Below, piece by piece: positions 27,621-39,631 of a stretch of DNA of 64,000 nucleotides; position 1 is the stretch's first letter, and each line of letters starts with the position of its first letter. The stretch lies in sequence record OR424388.1. One strand, 5' to 3'. A program made the translations under genes and the position numbers. The notes below the pieces were generated by a model. That model searched no databases, had not been told where the DNA came from, and saw only the letters and a program-made list of their open reading frames with translations. Origin of the DNA: Escherichia phage HEMP5.

Positions 27621-29331
27621 TAACCTTAATTGGTTTGTTGGTGTTGTTGAAGATAGAATGGACCCATTAAAATTAGGTCGTGTTCGTGTTCGTGTGGTTG
27701 GTCTGCATCCACCTCAAAGAGCACAAGGCGATGTAATGGGTATTCCAACTGAAAAATTACCATGGATGTCAGTTATTCAACCTATAACTTCTGCAGCAAT
27801 GTCTGGAATTGGAGGTTCTGTTACTGGACCGGTAGAAGGAACTAGAGTTTATGGTCATTTTTTAGACAAATGGAAAACTAACGGAATTGTCCTTGGCACG
27901 TATGGTGGAATAGTTCGCGAAAAACCGAATAGACTTGAAGGATTTTCTGACCCAACTGGGCAATATCCTAGACGTTTAGGAAATGATACTAATGTATTAA
28001 ACCAAGGCGGAGAAGTAGGATATGATTCGTCTTCTAACATTATCCAAGATAGTAACTTAGACACTGCAATAAATCCCGATGATAGACCACTATCAGAGAT
28101 TCCAACCGATGATAATCCAAATATGTCAATGGCTGACATGCTTCGCCGTGATGAAGGATTAAGACTAAAAGTTTATTGGGATACTGAAGGATATCCGACA
28201 ATTGGTATTGGTCATCTTATCATGAAGCAGCCAGTTCGTGATATGGCTCAAATTAATAAAGTTTTATCAAAACAAGTTGGTCGTGAAATTACTGGAAACC
28301 CAGGTTCTATTACGATGGAAGAGGCGACGACTTTATTTGAACGTGATTTGGCTGATATGCAACGGGACATTAAATCACATTCTAAAGTAGGACCAGTCTG
28401 GCAAGCTGTCAACCGTTCTCGTCAAATGGCGTTAGAAAATATGGCATTTCAAATGGGTGTTGGCGGTGTAGCTAAATTTAACACAATGTTAACTGCTATG
28501 TTAGCCGGAGATTGGGAAAAAGCATATAAAGCCGGTCGTGATTCATTGTGGTATCAACAAACAAAAGGCCGTGCATCCCGTGTTACCATGATTATTCTTA
28601 CGGGGAATTTGGAATCATATGGTGTTGAAGTGAAAACCCCAGCTAGGTCTCTATCAGCAATGGCTGCTACTGTAGCTAAATCTTCTGACCCGGCTGACCC
28701 TCCTATTCCAAATGACTCGAGAATTTTATTCAAAGAACCAGTTTCTTCATATAAAGGTGAATATCCTTATGTGCATACAATGGAAACTGAAAGCGGACAT
28801 ATTCAGGAATTTGATGATACTCCTGGGCAAGAACGATACAGATTAGTTCATCCGACTGGAACTTATGAAGAAGTATCACCGTCAGGAAGAAGAACAAGAA
28901 AAACTGTCGATAATTTGTATGATATAACCAACGCTGATGGTAATTTTTTGGTAGCCGGTGATAAAAAGACTAACGTCGGTGGATCAGAAATTTATTACAA
29001 CATGGATAATCGTCTTCACCAAATAGATGGAAGCAATACAATATTTGTACGTGGCGATGAAACTAAGACAGTTGAAGGCAATGGAACTATCCTAGTTAAA
29101 GGTAATGTTACTATTGTAGTTGAAGGTAATGCTGACATTACAGTTAAAGGAGATGCTACCACTTTAGTTGAAGGAAATCAAACTAACACAGTAAATGGAA
29201 ATCTTTCTTGGAAAGTTGCTGGGACAGTTGATTGGGACGTTGGTGGTGATTGGACAGAAAAAATGGCATCTATGAGTTCTATTTCATCTGGTCAATACAC
29301 AATTGATGGATCGAGGATTGACATTGGCTAA
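27604..29331 (+). CDS. 5: gp5 baseplate hub / cell-puncturing spike with lysozyme domain (575 aa)
   Basis: MEMISNNLNWFVGVVEDRMDPLKLGRVRVRV...; internal T4-lysozyme-like segment DMLRRDEGLRLKVYWDTEGYPTIGIGHL; C-terminal VxGxxxx beta-helix repeats. Confidence 0.97.
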   Translation: MEMISNNLNWFVGVVEDRMDPLKLGRVRVRVVGLHPPQRAQGDVMGIPTEKLPWMSVIQPITSAAMSGIGGSVTGPVEGTRVYGHFLDKWKTNGIVLGTYGGIVREKPNRLEGFSDPTGQYPRRLGNDTNVLNQGGEVGYDSSSNIIQDSNLDTAINPDDRPLSEIPTDDNPNMSMADMLRRDEGLRLKVYWDTEGYPTIGIGHLIMKQPVRDMAQINKVLSKQVGREITGNPGSITMEEATTLFERDLADMQRDIKSHSKVGPVWQAVNRSRQMALENMAFQMGVGGVAKFNTMLTAMLAGDWEKAYKAGRDSLWYQQTKGRASRVTMIILTGNLESYGVEVKTPARSLSAMAATVAKSSDPADPPIPNDSRILFKEPVSSYKGEYPYVHTMETESGHIQEFDDTPGQERYRLVHPTGTYEEVSPSGRRTRKTVDNLYDITNADGNFLVAGDKKTNVGGSEIYYNMDNRLHQIDGSNTIFVRGDETKTVEGNGTILVKGNVTIVVEGNADITVKGDATTLVEGNQTNTVNGNLSWKVAGTVDWDVGGDWTEKMASMSSISSGQYTIDGSRIDIG

Positions 29332-29860
29332 TATACTTCCAATGAGCGCTGATTTAGGAGAATCCATGGAAGGTTCTTCTATCGACGTCACCTTTACCGC
29401 TCAATTAGAAACAGGTGAAACGTTAGTATCTATAAATATAACTAGTTACGAAGAAACTCCTGGGGTTTTAGTAGAAGAAAATCGCTTATACGGAACATAT
29501 GAATCTGTGTTTGGATTTGGAAATGACGCGTTGAAATATCGTTTAGGCGATGAATTTAAAACTGCTGCTTCATGGGAAGAACTTCCTACTGATTCTGATA
29601 CTCAGTTGTATTTATGGAAAGCTCCTCAAAACCTCCAGAAGACATTCACTTACGAAGTAACATTAATATATGACTACCAAGAACAAAGTGAATCTGGAGG
29701 TTCTGGCAGTAATTCTAGGTCATCTTCTGATACTACTGAACCGACAGATCCTCCTGCTCCAGTAAGAAAAACTCTCGTTAAAAATTATACTAAAACTATA
29801 GTTGGAAATTGGAGTCGTTGGGCTAATAAATTAAGAAGCTATGTGTATGAGAGGTCATAG
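29303..29860 (+). CDS. hypothetical protein in gp5.1 position (185 aa)
   Basis: ORF track. Confidence 0.6.
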
Positions 29861-30154
29861 ATGTCAGGATTAAGTTATGATAAATGTGTTACTGCTGGTC
29901 ATGAAGCATGGCCTCCAACAGTTGTGAATGCTACACAAAGTAAAGTATTCACTGGAGGAATTGCTGTTCTCGTAGCAGGTGATCCAATTACAGAACATAC
30001 AGAAATTAAAAAGCCATATGAAACACATGGCGGAGTGACACAACCCAGAACTTCTAAGGTATATGTCACTGGAAAGAAAGCCGTTCAAATGGCTGATCCA
30101 ATATCATGCGGTGATACTGTGGCTCAGGCATCATCTAAAGTATTCATTAAATAG
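29861..30154 (+). CDS. 5.4: gp5.4 PAAR-repeat spike-tip protein (97 aa)
   Basis: [58 protein letters not shown]...; PAAR-like, matches T4 gp5.4. Confidence 0.9.
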
Positions 30155-30162
30155 GATTTAAA

Positions 30163-32145
30163 ATGGCAAATACCCCTGTAAATTATCAATTAACAAGAAC
30201 AGCAAATGCTATTCCCGAGATATTCGTCGGGGGTACGTTTGCTGAAATAAAACAAAACCTCATTGAATGGCTTAATGGCCAAAATGAATTTTTGGATTAT
30301 GATTTTGAAGGCTCAAGATTAAACGTTCTGTGTGACCTTTTAGCTTATAATACATTGTACATTCAACAGTTTGGTAATGCTGCTGTGTATGAAAGCTTTA
30401 TGCGTACTGCTAACTTACGAAGTTCAGTTGTTCAAGCTGCACAAGATAACGGATATTTACCTACTTCAAAATCCGCTGCGCAGACCGAAATTATGTTAAC
30501 ATGCACCGACGCATTGAATAGGAATTACATTACTATTCCTCGCGGAACTCGCTTTTTAGCATATGCAAAAGATACTTCTGTTAATCCATATAACTTCGTT
30601 TCTACCGAAGACGTTATTGCTATTCGTGATAAAAATAACCAATATTTTCCGCGTTTAAAATTGGCCCAGGGACGTATAGTAAGAACTGAAATCATTTATG
30701 ATAAATTAACACCTATTATCATTTATGATAAAAATATTGATAGAAACCAGGTTAAATTATACGTTGATGGAGCAGAATGGATTAACTGGACAAGAAAGTC
30801 AATGGTTCATGCTGGTTCTACATCGACAATTTACTACATGCGTGAAACTATTGATGGAAATACTGAATTCTATTTTGGTGAAGGTGAAATTTCTGTTAAT
30901 GCTTCTGAAGGAGCTTTGACCGCTAATTATATCGGAGGTCTTAAACCTACTCAGAACTCTACGATTGTTATTGAGTACATCAGTACTAATGGTGCTGACG
31001 CGAACGGAGCAGTCGGATTTTCATACGCAGATACATTAACAAATATAACTGTCATCAATATTAATGAAAATCCAAACGATGACCCAGATTTTGTTGGGGC
31101 AGATGGCGGCGGTGATCCAGAAGATATTGAGCGTATCCGCGAATTGGGTACTATTAAACGCGAAACCCAGCAACGCTGCGTAACTGCGACTGACTATGAT
31201 ACATTCGTTTCAGAGAGATTTGGTTCTATTATTCAAGCAGTTCAGACTTTCACTGATTCTACTAAACCTGGTTATGCATTTATTGCTGCTAAACCTAAAT
31301 CAGGTCTGTATTTAACTACTGTACAGCGTGAAGATATTAAAAATTATCTCAAAGACTATAATTTAGCTCCTATTACGCCATCAATTATTTCTCCTAATTA
31401 TCTTTTTATTAAGACTAATTTAAAAGTCACATATGCTTTAAATAAGCTGCAAGAATCCGAGCAGTGGCTCGAAGGTCAAATAATTGATAAAATTGATCGT
31501 TATTATACCGAAGACGTAGAAATTTTTAATTCATCTTTCGCTAAATCTAAGATGTTGACATATGTAGATGATGCAGATCATTCTATCATTGGTTCATCAG
31601 CGACTATTCAAATTGTTCGTGAAGTACAAAACTTCTATAAAACGCCTGAAGCAGGTATTAAATACAATAATCAAATAAAAGATCGTTCTATGGAATCTAA
31701 TACGTTTTCATTTAATTCTGGACGAAAGGTTGTAAATCCTGATACCGGTTTAGAAGAAGATGTATTATATGACGTTCGCATAGTATCAACAGACCGAGAT
31801 TCTAAAGGAATTGGTAAAGTTATTATTGGTCCATTTGCTTCTGGCGATGTTACAGAAAATGAAAACATTCAGCCATATACAGGCAACGATTTTAACAAAT
31901 TAGCAAATTCTGATGGACGCGACAAATACTATGTTATCGGTGAAATAAATTATCCAGCTGATGTGATTTATTGGAATATCGCTAAAATTAATTTAACATC
32001 TGAAAAATTTGAAGTTCAGACCATCGAATTATATTCTGACCCAACCGATGATGTTATCTTTACTCGCGACGGTTCACTGATTGTATTTGAAAATGACTTA
32101 CGTCCACAATACTTAACTATCGATTTGGAGCCTATATCACAATGA
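30163..32145 (+). CDS. 6: gp6 baseplate wedge (660 aa)
   Basis: size/order identical to T4. Confidence 0.95.
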   Translation: MANTPVNYQLTRTANAIPEIFVGGTFAEIKQNLIEWLNGQNEFLDYDFEGSRLNVLCDLLAYNTLYIQQFGNAAVYESFMRTANLRSSVVQAAQDNGYLPTSKSAAQTEIMLTCTDALNRNYITIPRGTRFLAYAKDTSVNPYNFVSTEDVIAIRDKNNQYFPRLKLAQGRIVRTEIIYDKLTPIIIYDKNIDRNQVKLYVDGAEWINWTRKSMVHAGSTSTIYYMRETIDGNTEFYFGEGEISVNASEGALTANYIGGLKPTQNSTIVIEYISTNGADANGAVGFSYADTLTNITVININENPNDDPDFVGADGGGDPEDIERIRELGTIKRETQQRCVTATDYDTFVSERFGSIIQAVQTFTDSTKPGYAFIAAKPKSGLYLTTVQREDIKNYLKDYNLAPITPSIISPNYLFIKTNLKVTYALNKLQESEQWLEGQIIDKIDRYYTEDVEIFNSSFAKSKMLTYVDDADHSIIGSSATIQIVREVQNFYKTPEAGIKYNNQIKDRSMESNTFSFNSGRKVVNPDTGLEEDVLYDVRIVSTDRDSKGIGKVIIGPFASGDVTENENIQPYTGNDFNKLANSDGRDKYYVIGEINYPADVIYWNIAKINLTSEKFEVQTIELYSDPTDDVIFTRDGSLIVFENDLRPQYLTIDLEPISQ

Positions 32146-35100
32146 CAGTAAAAGCACCTTCAGTCACTAGTCTCAGAATTTCCAAGTTATCCGCAAATCA
32201 GGTGCAAGTACGCTGGGATGACGTTGGTGCTAATTTCTACTATTTTGTAGAAATCGCTGAGACAAAAACGAACTCGGGGGAAAATCTCCCGAGTAATCAA
32301 TACAGATGGATTAACTTAGGATATACTGCAAATAACAGCTTCTTTTTTGATGATGCTGACCCATTGACATCATACATTATCAGAGTAGCTACAGCTGCGC
32401 AAGATTTTGAGCAGTCTGATTGGATTTATACCGAAGAGTTTGAAACTTTTGCTACAAATGCTTATACATTTCAAAACATGATTGAAATGCAATTAGCCAA
32501 TAAATTCATTCAGGAAAAATTTACTCTTAATAATTCTGATTATGTTAATTTTAACAATGACACTATAATGGCTGCATTGATGAATGAATCATTTCAATTC
32601 AGCCCATCGTATGTTGATGTTTCATCAATAAGTAATTTTATTATTGGTGAAAATGAGTATCATGAAATACAAGGTTCTATTCAGCAAGTATGTAAGGATA
32701 TTAACCGAGTTTATTTGATGGAATCAGAAGGAATTCTATATCTTTTTGAGCGCTATCAACCTGTAGTTAAAGTATCCAATGATAAAGGACAAACCTGGAA
32801 AGCCGTAAAGCTCTTCAATGACCGTGTAGGATATCCTTTATCTAAGACAGTATATTACCAATCTGCGAACACAACATACGTTCTAGGATACGACAAGATT
32901 TTCTATGGCCGTAAATCGACTGACGTTAGATGGTCAGCAGATGATGTCAGATTCAGTTCGCAGGATATAACATTTGCTAAACTTGGCGACCAGTTACATT
33001 TAGGATTTGATGTAGAAATCTTTGGTACTTATGCGACTTTACCAGCGAATGTATATCGTATAGCTGAAGCCATTACTTGTACGGATGATTATATCTATGT
33101 TGTTGCCAGAGATAAAGTTAGATATATAAAAACGAGCAATGCACCTATAGATTCTGATCCATTATCTCCAACATATTCGGAAAGGCTATTTGAATCTGAT
33201 ACAATGACTATAACTGGAAATCCTAAAGCAGTATGCTATAAAATGGATTCTATTGGTGATAAAGTTTTTGCTCTTATTATCGGTGAAGTTGAAACATTAA
33301 ATGCTAATCCTAGAACGTCAAAAATAATTGATTCTACTGATAAAGGAATATATGTTTTAAATCATGACACAAAAACGTGGAAAAGAGTTTTTGGCAACAC
33401 TGAAGAAGAAAGAAGACGTATTCAACCTGGGTATGCGAATATGTCAACTGATGGTAAATTAGTTTCTCTATCTTCGAGTAATTTTAAATTTTTAAATGAT
33501 AACGTTGTTAATGACCCTGAAACTGTAGCAAAATATCAGTTAATCGGTGCCGTTAAATATGAATTTCCTCGTGAATGGTTAGCTGATAAGCATTATCATA
33601 TGATGGCATTTATAGCAGATGAAAAGTCTGATTGGGAAACTTTTACGCCTCAGCCAATGAAATACTACGCAGAACCGTTCTTTAATTGGTCTAAAAAATC
33701 TAACACACGCTGTTGGATAAACAACTCTAATAGAGCTGTAGTAGTTTATGCTGATTTAAAATACACTAAAGTTATAGAAAATATTCCGGAAACATCACCA
33801 GATAGATTAGTTCATGAATACTGGGATGATGGTGATTGTACGATAGTAATGCCAAATGTTAAATTCACGGGATTTAAAAAATATGCGTCTGGGATGCTTT
33901 TTTATAAATCTTCTGGTGAAATAATTTCTTATTATGATTTTAACTATCGTGTGAGAGATACAGTAGAAATTATTTGGAAGCCGACTGGAGTATTTTTAAA
34001 AGCATTTTTACAAAACCAAGAGCATGAGACTCCTTGGTCGCCAGAAGAAGAGCATGGATTAGCTGACCCTGATTTAAGACCATTAATTGGCACAATGATG
34101 CCTGATTCTTATTTGTTGCAGGATTCGAATTTTGAGGCATTTTGTGAAGCATATATTCAATATCTTTCTGACGGATACGGAACTCAGTATAATAATTTAC
34201 GAAATTTAATTCGTAATCAGTATCCACGAGAAGAGCATGCGTGGGAATATTTGTGGTCAGAGATATATAAAAGAAACATTTATTTAAATGCTGACAAACG
34301 TGATGCTGTTGCAAGATTTTTTGAATCACGTAGTTATGATTTTTATTCTACTAAAGGAATTGAAGCATCATACAAATTTCTTTTTAAAGTTCTTTATAAT
34401 GAAGAAGTTGAAATTGAAATTGAATCTGGGGCTGGTACTGAATATGACATAATCGTTCAATCTGATTCTTTGACTGAAGATTTAGTAGGACAAACGATTT
34501 ATACAGCCACAGGAAGATGTAATGTTACTTATATAGAAAGAAGTTATTCTAATGGTAAATTGCAATGGACCGTAACTATTCATAATCTTTTGGGAAGATT
34601 AATTGCTGGTCAAGAAGTTAAAGCAGAAAGACTCCCTAGTTTTGAAGGCGAAATTATTCGTGGAGTTAAAGGAAAGGATTTGCTTCAAAACAATATAGAC
34701 TATATTAATAGAAGTAGATCATACTATGTAATGAAAATTAAATCCAATTTACCTTCTTCCCGCTGGAAATCTGACGTTATTCGTTTTGTTCATCCAGTAG
34801 GATTTGGATTTATAGCAATTACCCTTTTAACGATGTTTATTAATGTTGGTTTAACTCTTAAACATACAGAGACTATAATTAATAAATACAAAAACTATAA
34901 ATGGGATTCTGGATTGCCTACTGAATATGCTGATAGAGTAGCTAAATTAACTCCAACCGGTGAAATTGAGTATGATTCAGTAACAGGCGAAGCAATTTAT
35001 GAGCCTGGCCCAATGGCTGGTGTAGAATATCCTCTTCCTGATGACTATAATGCTGAAAATAATAATTCAATATTTCAAGGTCAATTGCCGTCTGAACGAC

Positions 35101-35240
35101 GTAAATTAATGAGTCCCCTATTTGATGCTTCTGGAACAACATTTGCGCAATTTAGGGATTTAGTTAATAAACGTCTAAAAGATAATATAGGAAATCCAAG
35201 AGACCCTGAAAATCCAACACAGGTTAAAATAGATGAATGA
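32142..35240 (+). CDS. 7: gp7 baseplate wedge initiator (1032 aa)
   Basis: size/order identical to T4. Confidence 0.95.
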   Translation: MTVKAPSVTSLRISKLSANQVQVRWDDVGANFYYFVEIAETKTNSGENLPSNQYRWINLGYTANNSFFFDDADPLTSYIIRVATAAQDFEQSDWIYTEEFETFATNAYTFQNMIEMQLANKFIQEKFTLNNSDYVNFNNDTIMAALMNESFQFSPSYVDVSSISNFIIGENEYHEIQGSIQQVCKDINRVYLMESEGILYLFERYQPVVKVSNDKGQTWKAVKLFNDRVGYPLSKTVYYQSANTTYVLGYDKIFYGRKSTDVRWSADDVRFSSQDITFAKLGDQLHLGFDVEIFGTYATLPANVYRIAEAITCTDDYIYVVARDKVRYIKTSNAPIDSDPLSPTYSERLFESDTMTITGNPKAVCYKMDSIGDKVFALIIGEVETLNANPRTSKIIDSTDKGIYVLNHDTKTWKRVFGNTEEERRRIQPGYANMSTDGKLVSLSSSNFKFLNDNVVNDPETVAKYQLIGAVKYEFPREWLADKHYHMMAFIADEKSDWETFTPQPMKYYAEPFFNWSKKSNTRCWINNSNRAVVVYADLKYTKVIENIPETSPDRLVHEYWDDGDCTIVMPNVKFTGFKKYASGMLFYKSSGEIISYYDFNYRVRDTVEIIWKPTGVFLKAFLQNQEHETPWSPEEEHGLADPDLRPLIGTMMPDSYLLQDSNFEAFCEAYIQYLSDGYGTQYNNLRNLIRNQYPREEHAWEYLWSEIYKRNIYLNADKRDAVARFFESRSYDFYSTKGIEASYKFLFKVLYNEEVEIEIESGAGTEYDIIVQSDSLTEDLVGQTIYTATGRCNVTYIERSYSNGKLQWTVTIHNLLGRLIAGQEVKAERLPSFEGEIIRGVKGKDLLQNNIDYINRSRSYYVMKIKSNLPSSRWKSDVIRFVHPVGFGFIAITLLTMFINVGLTLKHTETIINKYKNYKWDSGLPTEYADRVAKLTPTGEIEYDSVTGEAIYEPGPMAGVEYPLPDDYNAENNNSIFQGQLPSERRKLMSPLFDASGTTFAQFRDLVNKRLKDNIGNPRDPENPTQVKIDE

Positions 35241-36237
35241 TTCAAGTGTTATCTATCGTGCGATAGTTACTTCAAAATTTAGAACAGAAAAAATGTTGAA
35301 TTTTTATAATTCAATTGGAAGTGGTCCGGATAAAAACACTATCTTTATCACATTTGGAAGATCAGAACCGTGGTCATCAAATGAAAATGAGGTGGGCTTT
35401 GCCCCACCTTATCCAACCGATTCTGTATTAGGCGTAACTGACATGTGGACGCATATGATGGGAACAGTAAAGGTTCTTCCATCAATGCTTGACGCAGTTA
35501 TTCCTCGTCGAGATTGGGGAGATACTAGATATCCGGATCCATACACATTTAGAATTAACGATATTGTAGTGTGTAACTCAGCTCCTTACAACGCTACTGA
35601 ATCAGGCGCAGGCTGGTTAGTATATCGTTGTTTAGATGTTCCTGATACTGGAATGTGTTCAATCGCATCTTTAACTGATAAGGATGAATGCCTTAAATTA
35701 GGCGGAAAATGGACACCTTCTGTTAGGTCAATGACTCCTCCTGAAGGTCGAGGAGATGCTGAAGGAACAATTGAACCTGGGGACGGGTATGTATGGGAAT
35801 ATCTTTTTGAGATTCCACCCGATGTATCTATAAATAGATGCACGAATGAATATATTGTGGTTCCTTGGCCTGAGGAATTAAAAGAAGACCCGACTAGATG
35901 GGGATATGAAGATAATCTCACTTGGCAGCAAGATGATTTTGGATTAATTTACCGGGTTAAGGCAAATACTATCCGTTTTAAAGCATATTTAGATTCAGTT
36001 TACTTTCCTGATGCTGCATTGCCAGGAAATAAAGGATTTAGACAAATATCAATAATCACAAATCCTCTTGAAGCTAAAGCTCATCCAAATGACCCAAATG
36101 TTAAAGCTGAAAAGGATTATTATGATCCAGAAGATTTAATGAGGCATTCGGGCGAAATGATTTATATGGAAAATAGGCCACCTATTATCATGGCAATGGA
36201 TCAGACAGAAGAAATCAATATTCTGTTTACATTTTAA
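35233..36237 (+). CDS. 8: gp8 baseplate wedge (334 aa)
   Basis: size/order. Confidence 0.95.
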   Translation: MNDSSVIYRAIVTSKFRTEKMLNFYNSIGSGPDKNTIFITFGRSEPWSSNENEVGFAPPYPTDSVLGVTDMWTHMMGTVKVLPSMLDAVIPRRDWGDTRYPDPYTFRINDIVVCNSAPYNATESGAGWLVYRCLDVPDTGMCSIASLTDKDECLKLGGKWTPSVRSMTPPEGRGDAEGTIEPGDGYVWEYLFEIPPDVSINRCTNEYIVVPWPEELKEDPTRWGYEDNLTWQQDDFGLIYRVKANTIRFKAYLDSVYFPDAALPGNKGFRQISIITNPLEAKAHPNDPNVKAEKDYYDPEDLMRHSGEMIYMENRPPIIMAMDQTEEINILFTF

Positions 36238-36242
36238 ATTAA

Positions 36243-36265
36243 GGGAGCCCATGGGCTCCCTTTTT
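36243..36265 (+). terminator. rho-independent terminator after gene 8
   Basis: GGGAGCCCATGGGCTCCC hairpin followed by TTTTT. Confidence 0.7.
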
Positions 36266-36268
36266 CTT

Positions 36269-36276
36269 TATAAATA
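36269..36276 (+). promoter_or_regulatory. T4 late promoter TATAAATA for gene 9
   Basis: exact motif 25 nt upstream of ATG 36301. Confidence 0.6.
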
Positions 36277-36300
36277 CTATAAACTCATAAGGAAACCGCT

Positions 36301-37167
36301 ATGTTCATTCAAGAACCAAAGAAATTGATTGATACCGGCGAAATTGGTAACGCTTCTACTGGTGATATCTTATTCGACGGTGGTAATAAAATTAATAGTG
36401 ATTTTAACGCAATTTATAATGCGTTTGGCGATCAGCGTAAAATGGCAGTAGCAAATGGCACTGGAGCAGATGGTCAAATTATCCATGCTACTGGATATTA
36501 TCAAAAGCACTCTATCGCGGAGTACGCAACTCCAGTGAAAGTTGGCACTAGACATGATATTGATACCTCTACTGTAGGTGTTAAAGTTATTATTGAAAGA
36601 GGAGAACTTGGCGATTGTGTTGAATTCATTAACTCTAATGGATCAATATCAGTTACTAATCCTTTAACGATTCAGGCTATTGATTCAATTAAAGGCGTTT
36701 CAGGTAATTTAGTAGTAACTAGCCCATATAGTAAAGTAACTTTACGCTGTATTTCATCTGATAATTCTACATCGGTTTGGAATTATTCTATTGAAAGTAT
36801 GTTTGGACAAAAGGAATCACCAGCTGAAGGTACATGGAATATTTCTACATCCGGATCAGTTGATATTCCACTATTTCATCGCACTGAATACAATATGGCT
36901 AAATTGCTAGTTACGTGCCAATCAGTAGATGGAAGAAAAATTAAAACAGCAGAAATAAATATTCTTGTGGATACTGTTAATTCAGAAGTTATTTCTTCTG
37001 AGTATGCTGTCATGAGAGTTGGAAATGAAACAGAAGAAGACGAGATTGCTAATATTGCATTTAGTATTAAAACCAACTATGTAACGGCGACTATAAGTTC
37101 TTCTACCGTTGGCATGAGAGCAGCAGTTAAAGTTATCGCTACGCAGAAAATCGGGGTGGCTCAATAA
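36301..37167 (+). CDS. 9: gp9 baseplate wedge / long tail-fibre socket (288 aa)
   Basis: MFIQEPKKLIDTGEIGNASTGDILFDGGNKINSDFNAIYNAFGD; size/order. Confidence 0.95.
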   Translation: MFIQEPKKLIDTGEIGNASTGDILFDGGNKINSDFNAIYNAFGDQRKMAVANGTGADGQIIHATGYYQKHSIAEYATPVKVGTRHDIDTSTVGVKVIIERGELGDCVEFINSNGSISVTNPLTIQAIDSIKGVSGNLVVTSPYSKVTLRCISSDNSTSVWNYSIESMFGQKESPAEGTWNISTSGSVDIPLFHRTEYNMAKLLVTCQSVDGRKIKTAEINILVDTVNSEVISSEYAVMRVGNETEEDEIANIAFSIKTNYVTATISSSTVGMRAAVKVIATQKIGVAQ

Positions 37168-38972
37168 TGAAACAAAATATTAATATCGGTAATGTTGTTG
37201 ATGATGGTACCGGTGACTACCTGCGTAAAGGTGGTATAAAAATAAATGAAAACTTTGATGAGCTTTATTACGAGCTTGGTGATGGAGATGTTCCATATTC
37301 AGCCGGTGCCTGGAAAACTTATAATGCTTCATCTGGTCAAACATTAAAAGCTAAGTGGGGAAAATCATACGCTATTAATACCTCTTCTGGAAGAGTAACT
37401 TTACAACTTCCTAAAGGAACTGTTAATGATTATAATAAAGTAATTAGAGCTAGGGATGTATTTGCAACATGGAACATTAATCCAGTTACTTTAGTAGCTG
37501 CTTCTGGAGATACAATTAAAGGGTCGTCATCATCGGTTGAAATTAATACTCAATTTAGTGATTTAGAGCTCGTTTATTGCGCTCCAGGACGTTGGGAGTA
37601 TGTCAAAAACAAACAAATTGACAAAATTATTAGTTCAGATATTAGTAATGTAGCACGTAAAGAATTTTTAGTCGAAGTTCAAGGACAAACGGACTTTTTA
37701 GATGTTTTCCGCGGAACTAGCTATAATGTTAATAACATCCGAGTAAAACACCGTGGTAATGAATTATATTACGGCGATGTATTTAGTGAAAACAGTGACT
37801 TTGGCTCTCCTGGGGAAAATGAAGGAGAATTGATTCCTCTTGATGGATTTAATATTAGGTTAAGACAGCCTTGTAATATTGGTGACACTGTTCAAATTGA
37901 AACATTTATGGATGGTATATCACAATGGAGAAGTTCATATACAAGACGCCAAATAAAAGTATTAGATTCAAAATTAACGTCAAAAACTTCTTTAGAAGGA
38001 AGTATTTACGTTACTGATTTATCAACAATGAAATCAATTCCATTCTCTGCATTTGGATTAATTCCTGGAGAACCTATTAATCCTAATTCTCTTGAAGTTC
38101 GTTTTAATGGAATTTTACAACAACAAGCTGGAACAGCAGGATATCCTCTGTTTTTGTGTGAAGGTGCTAACTCAGATACGCAAGCAGGATGTATATCTCT
38201 TGGTGGTGAATGGAAAGAATCGAACACAGATTATTCTATAGAATATGAAGATGGAAAACCTGTCAGTCTTTTATTTGATAGAAAATTTGAATCAGGTGAT
38301 ATAATCGTTATAACATGGTTTAATAATGATTTAGGAACTCTTTTAGAAAAAGATGACATTATTGAATTAACTGATGACCGTTATGTTAGTAAAGGATCAT
38401 CTACTGAAGTTACTGGGGATGTAGCCTTAACAGATTTTGATAAAATCGGTTGGCCAAATGTTGAAAAAGTTGATTCTTATACTAGAACGTATAATTCAAT
38501 ATCATCTATTTTCGATAGCATTTATCCCGTAGGTTCAATTTATGAAAATGCTATAAACCCAAATAATCCGGTGACTTATATGGGGTTTGGTTCGTGGAAA
38601 TTATTTGGTAAAGGACAAGTTTTAGTAGGATGGAATGATGATGTTACGGATCCAAACTTTGCTTTAAACAATAATGATTTAGATTCTAGCGGAAATCCTT
38701 CACATACTGCCGGTGGAACAGTTGGAACAACATCGGTGACACTTGAGAACGCAAATCTTCCTGCGACTAAAACTGATGAAAAAGTTTTAATTGAAGATGA
38801 AAACGGATCAGTTATTATTGGAGGTTGTCAATATGACCCAGACGAAACTGGTCCTATATATACAAAATATCGTGAAGACTACGCAACAACAAACTCTTCA
38901 CATACTCCTCCTACTAATATTAGTAATATTCAACCGTCTATTACTGTATACCGTTGGATAAGGATTGCATAA
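37167..38972 (+). CDS. 10: gp10 baseplate wedge / short-fibre attachment (601 aa)
   Basis: [41 protein letters not shown]; size/order. Confidence 0.95.
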   Translation: MKQNINIGNVVDDGTGDYLRKGGIKINENFDELYYELGDGDVPYSAGAWKTYNASSGQTLKAKWGKSYAINTSSGRVTLQLPKGTVNDYNKVIRARDVFATWNINPVTLVAASGDTIKGSSSSVEINTQFSDLELVYCAPGRWEYVKNKQIDKIISSDISNVARKEFLVEVQGQTDFLDVFRGTSYNVNNIRVKHRGNELYYGDVFSENSDFGSPGENEGELIPLDGFNIRLRQPCNIGDTVQIETFMDGISQWRSSYTRRQIKVLDSKLTSKTSLEGSIYVTDLSTMKSIPFSAFGLIPGEPINPNSLEVRFNGILQQQAGTAGYPLFLCEGANSDTQAGCISLGGEWKESNTDYSIEYEDGKPVSLLFDRKFESGDIIVITWFNNDLGTLLEKDDIIELTDDRYVSKGSSTEVTGDVALTDFDKIGWPNVEKVDSYTRTYNSISSIFDSIYPVGSIYENAINPNNPVTYMGFGSWKLFGKGQVLVGWNDDVTDPNFALNNNDLDSSGNPSHTAGGTVGTTSVTLENANLPATKTDEKVLIEDENGSVIIGGCQYDPDETGPIYTKYREDYATTNSSHTPPTNISNIQPSITVYRWIRIA

Positions 38973-39631
38973 TGAGTTTACTTAATAATAAAGCGGGAGT
39001 TATTTCCCGCTTAGCAGATTTTCTTGGTTTTAGAACTAAGAAAAATGATATTTCGGTTATGAATAATCAGCCAGTAGGCGCTGTAACAATTTCACAAATA
39101 GCAAAAGGTTTTTATGACCCGAATGTAGAATCTGCTATCAATGATGTTAGAAATATGGCAGAGCAACCGGTTGGAGCTGTATTAGTTAATATAAGCGGCG
39201 TATCTCCTACTGGCGTGCAACAAACCGACTATTGGTCATTTGAAGGAACTGTTACTGATACTTCAGTCAAATCAGGTGACCCAGTTATTGTTAACATGTT
39301 TGGTATTCCAGTTAAAGCTACTAATGGAATGACTTCAATTGAATTTACTAATGCCGTTAGAATAGCTCTACAGGAAATGGTTGTAAAATTTATTGCAATT
39401 GATTCATTTGAAGACCATCCTACCATAGGAAATAAAATACAAGTTAAGTATTTAGATAACCAAGAACATATCTTAGAACAATACTCTGATAAAGGAATTA
39501 CTTTCAAACAGGAAATAATTTCTCCTTCTAAACCTGGGTATGGAACTTGGCAATTATTAGGTGCGCAAACTGTTACGCTAGATAGTCACACACAACCTAC
39601 AGTATTTTATTATTTTGAGAGAGTAGCATGA
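38972..39631 (+). CDS. 11: gp11 baseplate wedge / short-fibre connector (219 aa)
   Basis: track ORF trimmed to ATG overlapping gp10 stop (TAATG), giving T4 length 219 aa. Confidence 0.9.
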   Translation: MSLLNNKAGVISRLADFLGFRTKKNDISVMNNQPVGAVTISQIAKGFYDPNVESAINDVRNMAEQPVGAVLVNISGVSPTGVQQTDYWSFEGTVTDTSVKSGDPVIVNMFGIPVKATNGMTSIEFTNAVRIALQEMVVKFIAIDSFEDHPTIGNKIQVKYLDNQEHILEQYSDKGITFKQEIISPSKPGYGTWQLLGAQTVTLDSHTQPTVFYYFERVA